From positions 21,773-85,772 of the forward strand of contig JBGCET010000010.1 of the NCBI GenBank assembly GCA_045106555.1: a stretch of 64,000 bases of DNA, given 5' to 3'. The DNA is from Lysobacterales bacterium (GTDB lineage Bacteria; Pseudomonadota; Gammaproteobacteria; Xanthomonadales; SZUA-38). Made by a program: the position numbers and the translations under genes. Shown piece after piece: positions 9,363 through 19,824 of this stretch (position 1 is its first letter; every line of letters begins with the position of its first letter). The notes under the pieces were generated by a model that had not been told where the DNA came from, made no database searches, and saw only the letters and a program-made list of their open reading frames with translations.

Positions 9363-10502
9363 ATGAAATCCTTCCACCTGCCGCATCACCGCCTGGTCAT
9401 TTTTCGGTGTTTTATACTGGCACCGCTGATCGCTGGTACTCAACTGGCTAACGCCCAGACCACCATCAGCCTCTCGCCGACGCTGGACAACTCGGTGTTT
9501 GAAGAACTGTCGGACAATTCGGCCGGCGCGGAAGAAAACCTGTTTGTCGGCATCACCAACAATGGCGATGAACGTCGCGCGCTGATTGCTTTTCAGGATT
9601 TCAGTGCCATTGCGGCCAATTCAACCATTACCGGTGTTGAGCTCACGGTCGCGGTTACTCGGGGGGTAGGACCAAGTATCGATGTTGCGCTTTTTGCCAC
9701 AACCACCGCTTGGGGAGAGGGCTCGTCGAACCCTACTAACGCCGGCGGCCAGGGCGCCCCAGCGCAAGCCGGAGACGCCACCTGGGATGTGGCCATGTTT
9801 CCGCGTTCTGCCGCGACCTCCTGGCAAACCCCTGGGGGCGATTTTGACCCCAATGAACTGTCACGGGCCAGCGTAGGTAGCAGTGGCACCGTCACATTCC
9901 CCAGCACAGCCCCATTGGTTGCACAGGTCCAGAATTGGCTGGATGGCGGCACAAACAGCGGATTGATATTGATCTCCCAGCTCAATCAGAATCGATCGGC
10001 CAAGCGACTGGGTTCTAGGGAAAATGGCAGCCCCGCTAACCGACCAACGCTTGAGGTCACGTATACTACTGCTGCAGCGACCCAGCCCCTTAGCGCCTCC
10101 GGACTATGGTTTGATGCCAGCGTTCCTGGTGACGGCTTCAATGTGATTGAGTCGCCGCAATCGCCAGGACAAAAGGGCGGAAGTGTTGGCCCCAATAACA
10201 TTACTGTTTTCTATTTTGGTTACGACGCCTCCGGCGCAAGACTATGGCTCGTGTCCGACACCATCCCGGGCCCCTTCCGACAAAATGAAGCACTATCGTT
10301 TCCCATGCTGGTCGGAGGCACATCTGGCAATTTTCAAACACCGGCGCCGGGATCAGAGTTAACTAACTGGGGGACGCTGGAGGTAACACTGAGCGACTGC
10401 GTGAGCGGCACTTTTCAGCTAAATGGCGCCGACGGTAACAAACGGTTTGAAGCCAGTCAGTTGACAGCTGTCGACGGACTGAACTGTTCAATTACCCGCT
10501 AA
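9363..10502 (+). CDS. secreted two-domain protein with an N-terminal DNRLRE/CBM96-like domain
   Basis: The ATG at 9363 gives a signal peptide, MKSFHLPHHRLVIFRCFILAPLIAGTQLANA|QT. The N-terminal domain reads TLDNSVFE...GDERRALIAFQDFS...TITGVELTV, as in DNRLRE-type domains (from memory). The C-terminal ~130 aa have a GLWFD..PGDGF....FYFGYDASG..LW...SDC.SGTF pattern. Confidence 0.5.
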   Translation: MKSFHLPHHRLVIFRCFILAPLIAGTQLANAQTTISLSPTLDNSVFEELSDNSAGAEENLFVGITNNGDERRALIAFQDFSAIAANSTITGVELTVAVTRGVGPSIDVALFATTTAWGEGSSNPTNAGGQGAPAQAGDATWDVAMFPRSAATSWQTPGGDFDPNELSRASVGSSGTVTFPSTAPLVAQVQNWLDGGTNSGLILISQLNQNRSAKRLGSRENGSPANRPTLEVTYTTAAATQPLSASGLWFDASVPGDGFNVIESPQSPGQKGGSVGPNNITVFYFGYDASGARLWLVSDTIPGPFRQNEALSFPMLVGGTSGNFQTPAPGSELTNWGTLEVTLSDCVSGTFQLNGADGNKRFEASQLTAVDGLNCSITR

Positions 10503-10517
10503 TTCGAGAAATCATTC

Positions 10518-11765
10518 ATGGAATCCGACCTGCTGATTAAGGTTCTGTTGTCGACCGTTCTGGGATTCCTGGGCGGTTGGCTGGTAAAAACGGTGTTTGC
10601 CAATGGCAGGCTTAGGTCTGCTGAGCGAGACTGGGAGTTACAGCTGAAAAATGCCACCGAGGCACGAGATGTTGCAGCCCTAACGGTACGTCAGCTGCGG
10701 TCTCAGGTTGGCGAAATGGAGTCATCTTTTGCTGCCGTTGAGAAAGACATGACTCGCATTCGCGACTCCATGCAGGAAAGAGAGCGCTCTATCCATGGAT
10801 TGCGAGAAGAAATGCTCCAGGCCAAGAGCAAAATCCAGGAGACCGATCGGCTGCGAGCAGCGCTGGCTGATCGCGACGAGAAACTGAAAAAGCTGGCATC
10901 GGTGCGTGCTGAACTGTTGAAGCGCACAGCCCAAAGCAGCGAACTGGAAGCGGCCCGGCTGGAAGTTGCCACCATGGCCCAAAGAGCCACCCAGCTTGAA
11001 TCGGAGAATGCCGGTCTCAACGACATTTGTCAGCAGCTCAAGGTTCAGATAGAACAACTCAATGCCCAGCAGGCGGCCTTGATTGAAGCGGCAAGCGAAG
11101 CACAATCGGGGCAGCCGCCTCAGCCTAGCCAGGCCGAACACGACAGCCAGGCCGCAAAAATTGGCCAGCTGGAAAGCCAACTGAAAACGCGAGATCAAGC
11201 GCTGGCCCGACTGCAACAGGACTTCAGCGACTTTAAGGTGGTTGCTGAGCAGTCTCCTCACACCACCACCAGCGACAAGGAGCTTAGCCGTCGCTTGGAG
11301 GCACGAGATCAAACCATCAAAAAGCTTTACGAGGAGCTTGAGAGCAGTCGGTTGCTACTGTCGAAATTTCAGCAGCGTATGAATGATATGGAGCAGGAGC
11401 ACCGACGAACTAGCACCGGTCAATCGGCGCAAACCCCGCAACACAAACAGTCCACCGCTTCCCAGACACCGACGGACGCTGGACTCAAGCCTTCGCTTCA
11501 GGAGCGGCCTTCATCTCGCCAAGACATACCGCTGTTCTACGACAAGCCTCCAACACTCATTGATGACTTAACCAACATCAAGGGGATTGGCCCAGTTTTG
11601 GCAAAAACGCTGAACGCCATGGGGATTTATCAATTCGATCAGCTGGCGAATCTGAGCGAAGACGACGTGGTGACTGTCACGCACAAACTGCGGGGCTTCA
11701 AAGACCGTATCCATCGAGACGACTGGATCAACCAGGCCAGGGAGCTCACTGGCAACAAGCGTTAG
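10518..11765 (+). CDS. membrane-anchored coiled-coil protein with a C-terminal helix-hairpin-helix-like motif
   Basis: N-terminal TM LLIKVLLSTVLGFLGGWLVKTVF, about 270 aa of heptad-rich E/Q/L/R sequence, a Q/S/T/P low-complexity linker, and C-terminal LTNIKGIGPVLAKTLNAMGIYQFDQLANL. Confidence 0.5.
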   Translation: MESDLLIKVLLSTVLGFLGGWLVKTVFANGRLRSAERDWELQLKNATEARDVAALTVRQLRSQVGEMESSFAAVEKDMTRIRDSMQERERSIHGLREEMLQAKSKIQETDRLRAALADRDEKLKKLASVRAELLKRTAQSSELEAARLEVATMAQRATQLESENAGLNDICQQLKVQIEQLNAQQAALIEAASEAQSGQPPQPSQAEHDSQAAKIGQLESQLKTRDQALARLQQDFSDFKVVAEQSPHTTTSDKELSRRLEARDQTIKKLYEELESSRLLLSKFQQRMNDMEQEHRRTSTGQSAQTPQHKQSTASQTPTDAGLKPSLQERPSSRQDIPLFYDKPPTLIDDLTNIKGIGPVLAKTLNAMGIYQFDQLANLSEDDVVTVTHKLRGFKDRIHRDDWINQARELTGNKR

Positions 11766-11777
11766 GAACCGGCCGAT

Positions 11778-14522
11778 TTAGCCGATTCGGCCATGACAAT
11801 GTTTGTATTTTTTTTCTGAGCCGCAGGGACAAGGGTCGTTTCTGCCCACTTTTTCCCCATCGCGAACCACCTGTTGCACCGGCGGGGCTCCACCCTGTTG
11901 AGAAGGCATGGCCGACCCGCCTGGGGTAGCGTCTGGAGGCGGAGTCCCAGCGGTTGCAGCCTGGGCCTGAGCATGTTGATACTCCACCGGTGCCTGGCTG
12001 CGGCGCTGTTCATCTAGCGCATCTACATCTTCCGGCGCCTGAATTTTCACCCGCGCCAGAATCTTGACCACTTCTCGCTTAATTCGGTCCAGAAGCTCAG
12101 CAAACAGCTGGAAAGACTCCCGTTTGTATTCCTGTTTAGGCTGTTTTTGGGCGTAGCCACGCAGATGAATCCCCTGGCGCAGATAGTCCATGTTTGCCAG
12201 GTGGTCCTTCCACAACTGGTCCAGTACGTGAAGCATTACGGCCTTCTCGAAATTTCGCATAACCTCAACACCGGTCTGCTGCTCTTTTTCCGAAAAGTAG
12301 TTTTGTAACCCTTCAAGGACCTTTTCTTTCAGACCTGCTTCGTCCAAAGAATCGTCTTCTTCCAGCCATTGCGCCACCGGTAGATCGGCTCCAAACTCGC
12401 CGACCAGTGCTTTCTCCAGTCCCGAGACATCCCATTGCTCATCCACACTGCCCGGGGGCACGAACTGGTGAAACTCTTCGGCAAACACGTCGTGTTTGAT
12501 GTCGGCGATGGCCGCTTCGATTTCCTCGGCATCCATCAGGTCATTACGTTGCTCATAAATGACCTTGCGCTGATCATTGGCCACGTCGTCGAAATCCAGC
12601 AAATGCTTCCGGGTATCGAAATTATGGGCCTCGACCTTGCGTTGTGCGTTTTCGATAGCCCGAGTGACCCATTTGTGTTCGATCGCCTCGTCTTCGGTCA
12701 TCCCAAACCGCTGCATCATGGCAGTGACCCGATCTGAGGCGAAGATACGCATCAAATTGTCTTGCAGCGAGAGATAGAAGCGACTGGACCCTGGATCACC
12801 CTGTCGGCCCGAACGCCCTCTCAGCTGATTATCGATTCTGCGAGATTCGTGTCGCTCGGTACCGATAATGTGCAGTCCGCCGGCATCCAGAACCTGCTGG
12901 TGACGAGACTCCCAGTCTGACTGCAACTCGTCCAGCTTTGAGTCACCGGCATCCTCACCCAACGCTTCGCGCTCCGCCCCAAGGTTTCCACCCAACACGA
13001 TATCGGTGCCTCGCCCCGCCATGTTGGTAGCAATGGTCACGGCCCCGGGCCTGCCGGCCTGAGCAACAATCAATGCCTCCCGTTCGTGCTGCTTGGCATT
13101 GAGAACTTCGTGAGAAATACTGTTCTGTTTCAGTAGGTTAGATAGCAGCTCAGACGTTTCAATGGACGTTGTTCCGACCAGTACTGGCTGGCCGCGCTTT
13201 TGACAATCAGCGACGTCTTCCATGATCGCCTGATACTTGCCGTCAGGATTCAGAAAAACCAGATCGCCCCGATCGTCTCGGACCATCGGTTTGTGGGTAG
13301 GAATGACAATTACTTCCAGCCCATAAATCTGCTGGAATTCGTAGGCTTCGGTATCCGCCGTACCGGTCATACCGGACAGCTTGCTGTACAGACGGAAGTA
13401 GTTTTGAAATGTGATGGACGCCAGGGTCTGGTTATCCCGCTGGATGGGCACACCCTCTTTGGCCTCAACCGCTTGGTGTAGCCCATCGGACCAACGGCGA
13501 CCGGAAAGCGTACGACCGGTAAATTCGTCAACAATCACCACTTCGCCTTCGCGCACGATGTAATCGACGTCTTTTTGGTAAAGCGAGTGCGCTCGGATGG
13601 CCGCATTCATGTGATGAACCAAGGCCAGATGCTGCGGGTCGTATAACGATTCACCCTCTTTCAGCAGGCCATGCTTGAAGCAAATGGCCTCAACGTTTTC
13701 CATCCCGCTCTCAGTCAAATAAATCTGGCGGGATTTTTCATCAACGCTGTAGTCGCCCTCGCCGTCGTCTTCCTGCTGGCGAGTCAATTCCGGCACCAGC
13801 CGATTAACCTGCACGTAAAGCTGGGGGGAGTCTTCCGTCGGCCCTGAGATAATCAGAGGTGTCCGTGCTTCGTCAATCAAAATGGAATCCACTTCGTCGA
13901 CAATAGCGAAATGCTGCCCGCGCTGGACCCGGTCTTCTTTTGAGAAGGCCATGTTGTCTCGCAGGTAGTCAAATCCGAATTCGTTGTTAGTCCCGTAGGT
14001 AATGTCGCAGGCATAAGCGGCGCGCTTGGCCGCCGGCACCATGCCAGGTACCGAAACGCCTACCGTCATACCCAGCGCCTCAAAAACCGGCCGCATCCAA
14101 TCTGCGTCACGCCGCGCCAAGTAGTCGTTGACCGTGACGACATGTACGCCTTTGCCAGTCAACGCGTTGAGGTAAGCGGGAAGCGTTGCCACCAGGGTTT
14201 TACCTTCACCAGTGCGCATTTCGGCAATTTTGCCGTCATTCAGCACCATACCGCCGATCATTTGCACGTCGTAATGGCGCAACCCAAGGGCCCGGGTAGC
14301 CGCCTCTCGGACTGTGGCAAACGCTTCTGGAAGCACGGCGGACAGCGCTTCTCCACCGGCAAGGCGTTGGCGGAAGTCGTCAGTACGGGCCTTCAGCGCC
14401 TCATCGTCCAGATCTTTGAGCGCTGGCTCATGGACGTTGATTTGAGCGACGATTTTGGACAGTTTTTTCACCAGCCGGTCGTTCCGACTGCCAAAGATCT
14501 GTGTGGTGATTTTATTGAGCAT
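11778..14522 (-). CDS. secA: preprotein translocase ATPase SecA
   Basis: 914 aa. N-terminus [16 protein letters not shown], Walker [13 protein letters not shown] box, and C-terminal zinc finger [14 protein letters not shown]. Confidence 0.98.
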   Translation of the reverse strand: MLNKITTQIFGSRNDRLVKKLSKIVAQINVHEPALKDLDDEALKARTDDFRQRLAGGEALSAVLPEAFATVREAATRALGLRHYDVQMIGGMVLNDGKIAEMRTGEGKTLVATLPAYLNALTGKGVHVVTVNDYLARRDADWMRPVFEALGMTVGVSVPGMVPAAKRAAYACDITYGTNNEFGFDYLRDNMAFSKEDRVQRGQHFAIVDEVDSILIDEARTPLIISGPTEDSPQLYVQVNRLVPELTRQQEDDGEGDYSVDEKSRQIYLTESGMENVEAICFKHGLLKEGESLYDPQHLALVHHMNAAIRAHSLYQKDVDYIVREGEVVIVDEFTGRTLSGRRWSDGLHQAVEAKEGVPIQRDNQTLASITFQNYFRLYSKLSGMTGTADTEAYEFQQIYGLEVIVIPTHKPMVRDDRGDLVFLNPDGKYQAIMEDVADCQKRGQPVLVGTTSIETSELLSNLLKQNSISHEVLNAKQHEREALIVAQAGRPGAVTIATNMAGRGTDIVLGGNLGAEREALGEDAGDSKLDELQSDWESRHQQVLDAGGLHIIGTERHESRRIDNQLRGRSGRQGDPGSSRFYLSLQDNLMRIFASDRVTAMMQRFGMTEDEAIEHKWVTRAIENAQRKVEAHNFDTRKHLLDFDDVANDQRKVIYEQRNDLMDAEEIEAAIADIKHDVFAEEFHQFVPPGSVDEQWDVSGLEKALVGEFGADLPVAQWLEEDDSLDEAGLKEKVLEGLQNYFSEKEQQTGVEVMRNFEKAVMLHVLDQLWKDHLANMDYLRQGIHLRGYAQKQPKQEYKRESFQLFAELLDRIKREVVKILARVKIQAPEDVDALDEQRRSQAPVEYQHAQAQAATAGTPPPDATPGGSAMPSQQGGAPPVQQVVRDGEKVGRNDPCPCGSEKKYKHCHGRIG

Positions 14523-14627
14523 TTTTGGGGTCTCGCGTGAAGCTCAAGACATTGGGTTTCAAGGCCTCGGAATCAAGCCCGAAAAAAGACCTCGTGGAGC
14601 CGGCGAACTGTCCCGGAAGTGGTTGCG

Positions 14628-15557
14628 TTAACGCATACCGTAGATGACGTCTGCGGGATTAATGCGGCGACCTTCCAGAAACACTTCGAAGTGAACGTGG
14701 GAGCCGGTTGCCCGCCCGGTCGACCCCATAATGCCAAGAACATCACCCGCTTTAACGCGTTGACCCACAGTGACCCGATTTTCCGCATTATGGGCGTATC
14801 GGGTCATATACCCATTACCATGATCAACCTCTACCGTATAGCCGTATTGGGGGCGCGTTCCGGACCAGGTCACTACGCCATCGGCGACAGCTAGGATTTC
14901 CGCATTCAGCGGCCCGGCAAAGTCCACTCCCGTGTGCACTGCCATGTCTCCAGTAAAGGGATCGACTCGCTTGCCATAGTTGGAAGATTGCCATCCATCG
15001 GCAATGGGTTTGCCGGATGGCGTCAACGTGTTGTCCAGTTCGCGCCCGGCGATCAGGCTTTCCAAAATACGAAGTTGACTTGCCTGATCGTCGAATCGCG
15101 CCTGAAATTGGTCGATTTCGGCCGCCAAATCGATGGAACCCAAATCCGCCAGAATAGGTGCCTCTTCCGGTCCTCCCACGGGTGGAGGCGCCAGGAAATT
15201 GAATTCCCCATCGGTGAGTTGGCCCACTTGGGTCAGTCGTGCACCCAGCGACTCCATGCGTACGCTCCGCGCCTGCAGCTCGCCTAGCTGCAACGCCAGG
15301 GCATTAAGGTGATTTTCGTGACGTTCGCGCATCGCCACCAATTCAGCACGGCTCTGGCTCAAATCCAGCTGATAACCTTGAAGCTGGGAGATGGCATTTC
15401 GGTCAGTGACGCTGAATGCGCTTCCGGTAAACGCACCCGCGGACACAACCAAGAGCAACAGGCCTGCGACCATGAAAATGGCTGTGCGAATTTCCCGCCG
15501 GCCCAGCGATATTTTCAAAGGCGTTGTTCCGTCGCCTCGAAAGATTATGATGTTCAT
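14628..15557 (-). CDS. M23 family metallopeptidase (murein DD-endopeptidase-like) with an N-terminal TM and coiled coil
   Basis: C-terminal LytM motifs HTGVDF, VDHGNGY.TRYAH and GSTGRATGSHVHFEV. N-terminus MNIIIFRGDG...TAIFMVAGLLLLVV taken from the ATG at 15557. The track's TTG start at 15677 would overlap the divergent gene. Confidence 0.85.
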   Translation of the reverse strand: MNIIIFRGDGTTPLKISLGRREIRTAIFMVAGLLLLVVSAGAFTGSAFSVTDRNAISQLQGYQLDLSQSRAELVAMRERHENHLNALALQLGELQARSVRMESLGARLTQVGQLTDGEFNFLAPPPVGGPEEAPILADLGSIDLAAEIDQFQARFDDQASQLRILESLIAGRELDNTLTPSGKPIADGWQSSNYGKRVDPFTGDMAVHTGVDFAGPLNAEILAVADGVVTWSGTRPQYGYTVEVDHGNGYMTRYAHNAENRVTVGQRVKAGDVLGIMGSTGRATGSHVHFEVFLEGRRINPADVIYGMR

Positions 15558-16031
15558 ATGTCTGGATATCGTTCTAAGTCGGCCCGCCGGGATGCTAGCC
15601 CAACCAACCTTAAAAATTTGTTGGCGGGCAACACCTCTCTTCACGCGCTTCACAGGCACGCCGCGGAGGTTTCTCAACTACAAAATGCGCTGTGGCCCTT
15701 TCTGCCGCCCAGTCTCAGGCCCCATTGCAAGCTGGCGAATTACCGGGATTCCACGCTGTTTTTGCATGCCGATTCCCCTGTTTGGGCGGCAAAAGCCCGA
15801 CATGCAAGCCCACAGATTCTACACACAGCCCGAGTTCGCTGCAAAATTAGCGCCCGCAAGCTGGTGGTAAGGGTGCGGTGGACTCCCAATCCGGCCGCTT
15901 CAACAAAGCCAGTAAACGCCCTGGGAAAAGCGGCATCCATTCACCTGGAACAGGCTGCAGAGCACTGCCCTGACCCAGATATTGCTGCCACGCTGCAAAG
16001 AATCGCTCGCAGAAGATCTACTAAGTCCTGA
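15558..16031 (+). CDS. DUF721 / DciA-like protein
   Basis: 157 aa from the ATG at 15558. The pattern NLKNLL...LHALHRHAAEVSQLQNALWPFLPPSLRPHCKLANYRDSTLFLHADSPVWAAKARH matches the DUF721 family found divergent from the M23 peptidase between lpxC and secA in pseudomonads (from memory). Confidence 0.6.
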   Translation: MSGYRSKSARRDASPTNLKNLLAGNTSLHALHRHAAEVSQLQNALWPFLPPSLRPHCKLANYRDSTLFLHADSPVWAAKARHASPQILHTARVRCKISARKLVVRVRWTPNPAASTKPVNALGKAASIHLEQAAEHCPDPDIAATLQRIARRRSTKS

Positions 16032-16145
16032 CCAGCAGCCATTGCCCGTCAAGGAAAAGGGTTGTCCAAGTTTTGCCTTATTCCCAAGCGCGTAAAAGGT
16101 CAGGTAGGCAGGCAGCCAGCAGCTGCCAGAAAAACGATTTGGCCT

Positions 16146-17057
16146 TCAGAAAGCCTGTGCGGGATGCGCGTAGGAAATGGGCGCGGTACCTTCATCATTG
16201 AAGGTGACCTCTTCCCAGGCGTCTTTTTGGTCCAGCAGCGTCCTGAGCAGCATATTGTTTAGGGCATGACCGGATTTGTGGCCATAAAAAGACCCAATCA
16301 AGCTGTGGCCTAACAGGTACAGATCGCCAATGGCGTCAAGAATCTTGTGTTTGACGAACTCGTCTTCGTACCGTAATCCGTCTTCGTTGAGAATTCGGTA
16401 GTCATCCAAAACCACCGCATTGTCCATGCTGCCACCTAACACCAGATTACGCTCACGCAACATCTCAATGTCGCGCATAAAACCAAAGGTTCGGGCACGG
16501 GCGACCTCTTTCACAAAAGACGTGGTGGAAAAGTCGATTTCCGCTTGATGAGAGTGGTTACGAAACACCGGATGATCAAAATCGATAGAGAACCGAACTT
16601 TAAAGCCGTCGTAAGGCTCAAACCGCGCAATTTTGTCTTCCGAAACCACTTCTACCCGCTTTTTGATTCGGATAAATTTTTTCGGAGCACTTTGTTCTTC
16701 GATGCCTGCCGACTGAATCAGAAACACAAATGGCCCAGCGCTGCCGTCCATAATAGGCACCTCTGGCGCGCTGAGGTCCACAAACGCGTTGTCGATACCC
16801 AGACCCGCCATGGCGGACAACAGGTGCTCGACGGTAGAAATGCTGTGTTCTTCGGTGCCAAGAGAAGTGGACATGCTGGTGTCACCCACATTTTTGGGGT
16901 TAGCAGCAATCTCAACAACCGGATTTACGTCAACGCGACGGAACACAATGCCGGAGTCCACGGGCGCTGGACGCAATGTCAGATATACCTTGCGACCGGT
17001 ATGGATACCCACGCCAGTGGCTCGAATGACGTTCTTTAACGTGCGCTGTCTAATCAT
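16146..17057 (-). CDS. lpxC: UDP-3-O-acyl-N-acetylglucosamine deacetylase
   Basis: 303 aa. [21 protein letters not shown], HxxxD-type zinc motif region [19 protein letters not shown]. Conserved position downstream of ftsZ. Confidence 0.97.
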   Translation of the reverse strand: MIRQRTLKNVIRATGVGIHTGRKVYLTLRPAPVDSGIVFRRVDVNPVVEIAANPKNVGDTSMSTSLGTEEHSISTVEHLLSAMAGLGIDNAFVDLSAPEVPIMDGSAGPFVFLIQSAGIEEQSAPKKFIRIKKRVEVVSEDKIARFEPYDGFKVRFSIDFDHPVFRNHSHQAEIDFSTTSFVKEVARARTFGFMRDIEMLRERNLVLGGSMDNAVVLDDYRILNEDGLRYEDEFVKHKILDAIGDLYLLGHSLIGSFYGHKSGHALNNMLLRTLLDQKDAWEEVTFNDEGTAPISYAHPAQAF

Positions 17058-17211
17058 TGGATTCTTAGCCCCCCCGAGGGTCTACGGCTTTCATACAGTC
17101 GTTTTATAAACCGCGGCGATACTAGCATACGATCGGCGCCTATCAAACCATTGTTTCGCGTTAAAAACAACACTTGTTGCAGATTTACCACAAAACCCAG
17201 AGAGATGTGGC

Positions 17212-17259
17212 AAAAAAACGACCGCGAGCGGGCGAGAAGCCAGCAAACCCGCTCACGGT
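17212..17259 (-). terminator. intrinsic terminator/attenuator between ftsZ and lpxC
   Basis: Minus strand reads ACCG-t-GAGCGGG, a 15-nt loop, CCCGCTC-g-CGGT, then CG and a T7 run. Confidence 0.6.
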
Positions 17260-17340
17260 CAGGGCACAATCGTGGACCCTTCACACTGACTGAAGCCTGA
17301 ATCAGCACATTCACCAGTGGTAGTACGATCAACGGTTTTG

Positions 17341-18507
17341 CTAGTCAGCCTGACGTCGCAAAAACGCCGGAATGTCCAGATAATCCAGCTGACTTTCGGT
17401 CCCGGCAGCGGGTTCCGCTGGCGGGGCCTCAGGGGCCGGAGCGTTCAGGCTGGGAGCCGAGCTTTCGATCTCCTCGCTGGCTGCATATTCGACGCCACCG
17501 GTGGTCGCGTTACGAACCAGCTGCACCGGTTGCTCCTGGGCGTCGGCAATATCCCGACTCAGGCCCGTGGCCACCACGGTCACTCGGAGCTCATCCTGCA
17601 GATTCGGGTCAATCACCGTGCCCACCACAACCGTGGCATCGTCCGAAGCAAATTCGCTGACCGTGCGACCCACTTCCTCGAACTCGCTCATGGTCAAGTC
17701 CAGACCCGCGGTGACGTTAACTAAAATGCCACAGGCACCCGAAAGGTTGACGTCTTCCAGTAAAGGGCTGCCAATGGCTGCTTCTGCCGCCACAATGGCG
17801 CGATCGTCGCCTTTGGCCGACCCGGTTCCCATCATGGCCATACCCATCTCTGACATCACCGTGCGCACATCGGCGAAGTCAACGTTAATCAGGCCCGGCC
17901 GGGTAATCAGCTCGGCAATACCTTGAACCGCCCCAAGCAATACATCGTTAGCCGCCTTAAAGGCGTTCAACAGCGACACGTCGCCGCCCAGCACCGTCAA
18001 CAGCTTCTCGTTGGGAATGGTAATGAGCGAGTCGACGTGGCGAGCCAACTCGTCGATGCCCTGGCAGGCAACGTTCATGCGACGACGCCCTTCAAACGGA
18101 AAGGGCTTGGTCACAACGGCAACCGTAAGGATGCCCATTTCCTTAGCCAGTTGCGCCACCACCGGCGCAGCGCCGGTTCCGGTGCCGCCACCCATACCCG
18201 CGGTAATAAACACCATATCGGCGCCATCCAGCACTTCGGTGATGCGCTCGCGATCTTCCAGCGCAGACTGACGTCCAATTTCTGGATTGGCGCCCGCCCC
18301 CAGCCCTTTGGTCACGTTGGCACCTAGCTGCAGCGCGGTGGTGACGTTACAGCTTTTTAAGGCCTGGGAATCGGTGTTGCCGACAATAAAGTCGACGCCC
18401 TCGATATCCGCCTCGACCATTTGGCGCACCGCGTTACCGCCGCCGCCGCCTACACCCACCACCTTGATGATGGCGCTCTGGTTATAACTTTCCATAAGTT
18501 CAAACAT
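17341..18507 (-). CDS. ftsZ: cell division GTPase FtsZ
   Basis: GVGGGGGNA tubulin signature and NTDSQAL. The ATG at 18507 (MFELMESY) is preceded by GAGGAGA. C-terminal [14 protein letters not shown] peptide. Confidence 0.98.
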   Translation of the reverse strand: MFELMESYNQSAIIKVVGVGGGGGNAVRQMVEADIEGVDFIVGNTDSQALKSCNVTTALQLGANVTKGLGAGANPEIGRQSALEDRERITEVLDGADMVFITAGMGGGTGTGAAPVVAQLAKEMGILTVAVVTKPFPFEGRRRMNVACQGIDELARHVDSLITIPNEKLLTVLGGDVSLLNAFKAANDVLLGAVQGIAELITRPGLINVDFADVRTVMSEMGMAMMGTGSAKGDDRAIVAAEAAIGSPLLEDVNLSGACGILVNVTAGLDLTMSEFEEVGRTVSEFASDDATVVVGTVIDPNLQDELRVTVVATGLSRDIADAQEQPVQLVRNATTGGVEYAASEEIESSAPSLNAPAPEAPPAEPAAGTESQLDYLDIPAFLRRQAD

Positions 18508-18591
18508 GGCTTCTCTCCTCAAGAACAACTCGCTGGCTTAAACACAAAAAAAAGACAAAAAAACGTTTGTTCTGTGGCTTCGGATAACCCA

Positions 18592-19824
18592 TCAAAACTC
18601 TCCCCGAAACCAACTTTTAACTTTTTCCCACGGTGACTCACCACCACTGGTGCCGTAACCACCGGTAGGGACGTGATCGCTGCGTGCGCCGTAAAGCAAA
18701 AGCCCAACGCCCGTCGCATGAATTTGATTGTTGACCACGTCAGACAGGCCGCTGACATACTGTGGCGTGCCGATCCGCACCGGCATGTGGAAAACCTCCT
18801 CGGCCAGGTCCGCTACACCTTCCATCTTTGACGCGCCACCGGTCAGAACAATGCCAGCGGGAATCATCTCGGCAAAGCCGCTGCGTCGAATCTCGTTGTT
18901 CACCAGACTGAACAATTCCTCGTAGCGAGGCTCCACCACTTCAGCCAAGGTCTGTCGCGCGAGACGGCGCGACGGCCTGTCGCCAACGCTGGGCACCTGG
19001 ATCGTCTCGTCAGCACTGGCCAGCTGGCGCAATGCGCAGGCATAGCGAATTTTGATCTCTTCCGCGTGCTGCGTGGGCGTGCGTAATGCCACCGCAATAT
19101 CGTTAGTCACCTGATCGCCCGCCACGGGCAGCACGGTGGTGTGTCGAATAGCGCCCTGAGTAAAGATGGCAACGTCGGTCGTGCCGGCACCGATGTCCAC
19201 CAGGCAGGTGCCCAAGTCCAACTCATCTTCGGTCAATACCGCGTAGCTGGAGGCCAGCTGCTGCAAAATCAGATCGTCTACCTGCAACCCGCACCGGGCG
19301 ACACATTTGCTGATGTTTTGAGCCGCAGTTGCAGAACCTGTAACGACGTGCACCCGTGCCTCCAGGCGCACACCGGACATACTAACGGGGTGGCGAATGC
19401 CTTCCTGGCCATCAATGATGTAATCCTGGGGCAGCACATGGATGATTCGCTGATCCGCCGGAACCGCCACCGCCCTGGCTGCGTCCAGCACACGCTCAAC
19501 GTCTCCCTCGGTCACCTCCTGGTCGCGAATCGCCACAATGCCATGGGAATTCAGGCTGGCAATGTGGCTGCCAGAGATACCGGCAAACACCGAGCGAATT
19601 TCACAGCCCGCCATTAGCTCAGCTTCCTCCACCGCGCGCTGGATCGACTGCACGGTAGACTCGATGTCCACCACGACGCCGCGTTTAAGGCCGCGTGACT
19701 CGTGACTCCCCAAGCCCACCACCTCCACTTCGCCGTCAGGCGCAACCTCTCCGACGATGGCGACAATTTTGGAGGTGCCAATGTCCAGCCCAACCACCAG
19801 AGACTTGTCTGATCTGGCACCCAT
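18592..19824 (-). CDS. ftsA: cell division protein FtsA
   Basis: 410 aa actin-like ATPase (VGLDIGTSKI, DIGAGTTD) between ftsQ and ftsZ. Confidence 0.97.
   Translation of the reverse strand: MGARSDKSLVVGLDIGTSKIVAIVGEVAPDGEVEVVGLGSHESRGLKRGVVVDIESTVQSIQRAVEEAELMAGCEIRSVFAGISGSHIASLNSHGIVAIRDQEVTEGDVERVLDAARAVAVPADQRIIHVLPQDYIIDGQEGIRHPVSMSGVRLEARVHVVTGSATAAQNISKCVARCGLQVDDLILQQLASSYAVLTEDELDLGTCLVDIGAGTTDVAIFTQGAIRHTTVLPVAGDQVTNDIAVALRTPTQHAEEIKIRYACALRQLASADETIQVPSVGDRPSRRLARQTLAEVVEPRYEELFSLVNNEIRRSGFAEMIPAGIVLTGGASKMEGVADLAEEVFHMPVRIGTPQYVSGLSDVVNNQIHATGVGLLLYGARSDHVPTGGYGTSGGESPWEKVKSWFRGEF

Noticed and set aside
16100-16130. GGCAGC-cagca-GCTGCC hairpin between the DUF721 gene and the lpxC stop, considered as a bidirectional terminator.
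   Set aside because: The stem is only 6 bp and neither strand has a U-tract after it. The evidence is too weak to call.
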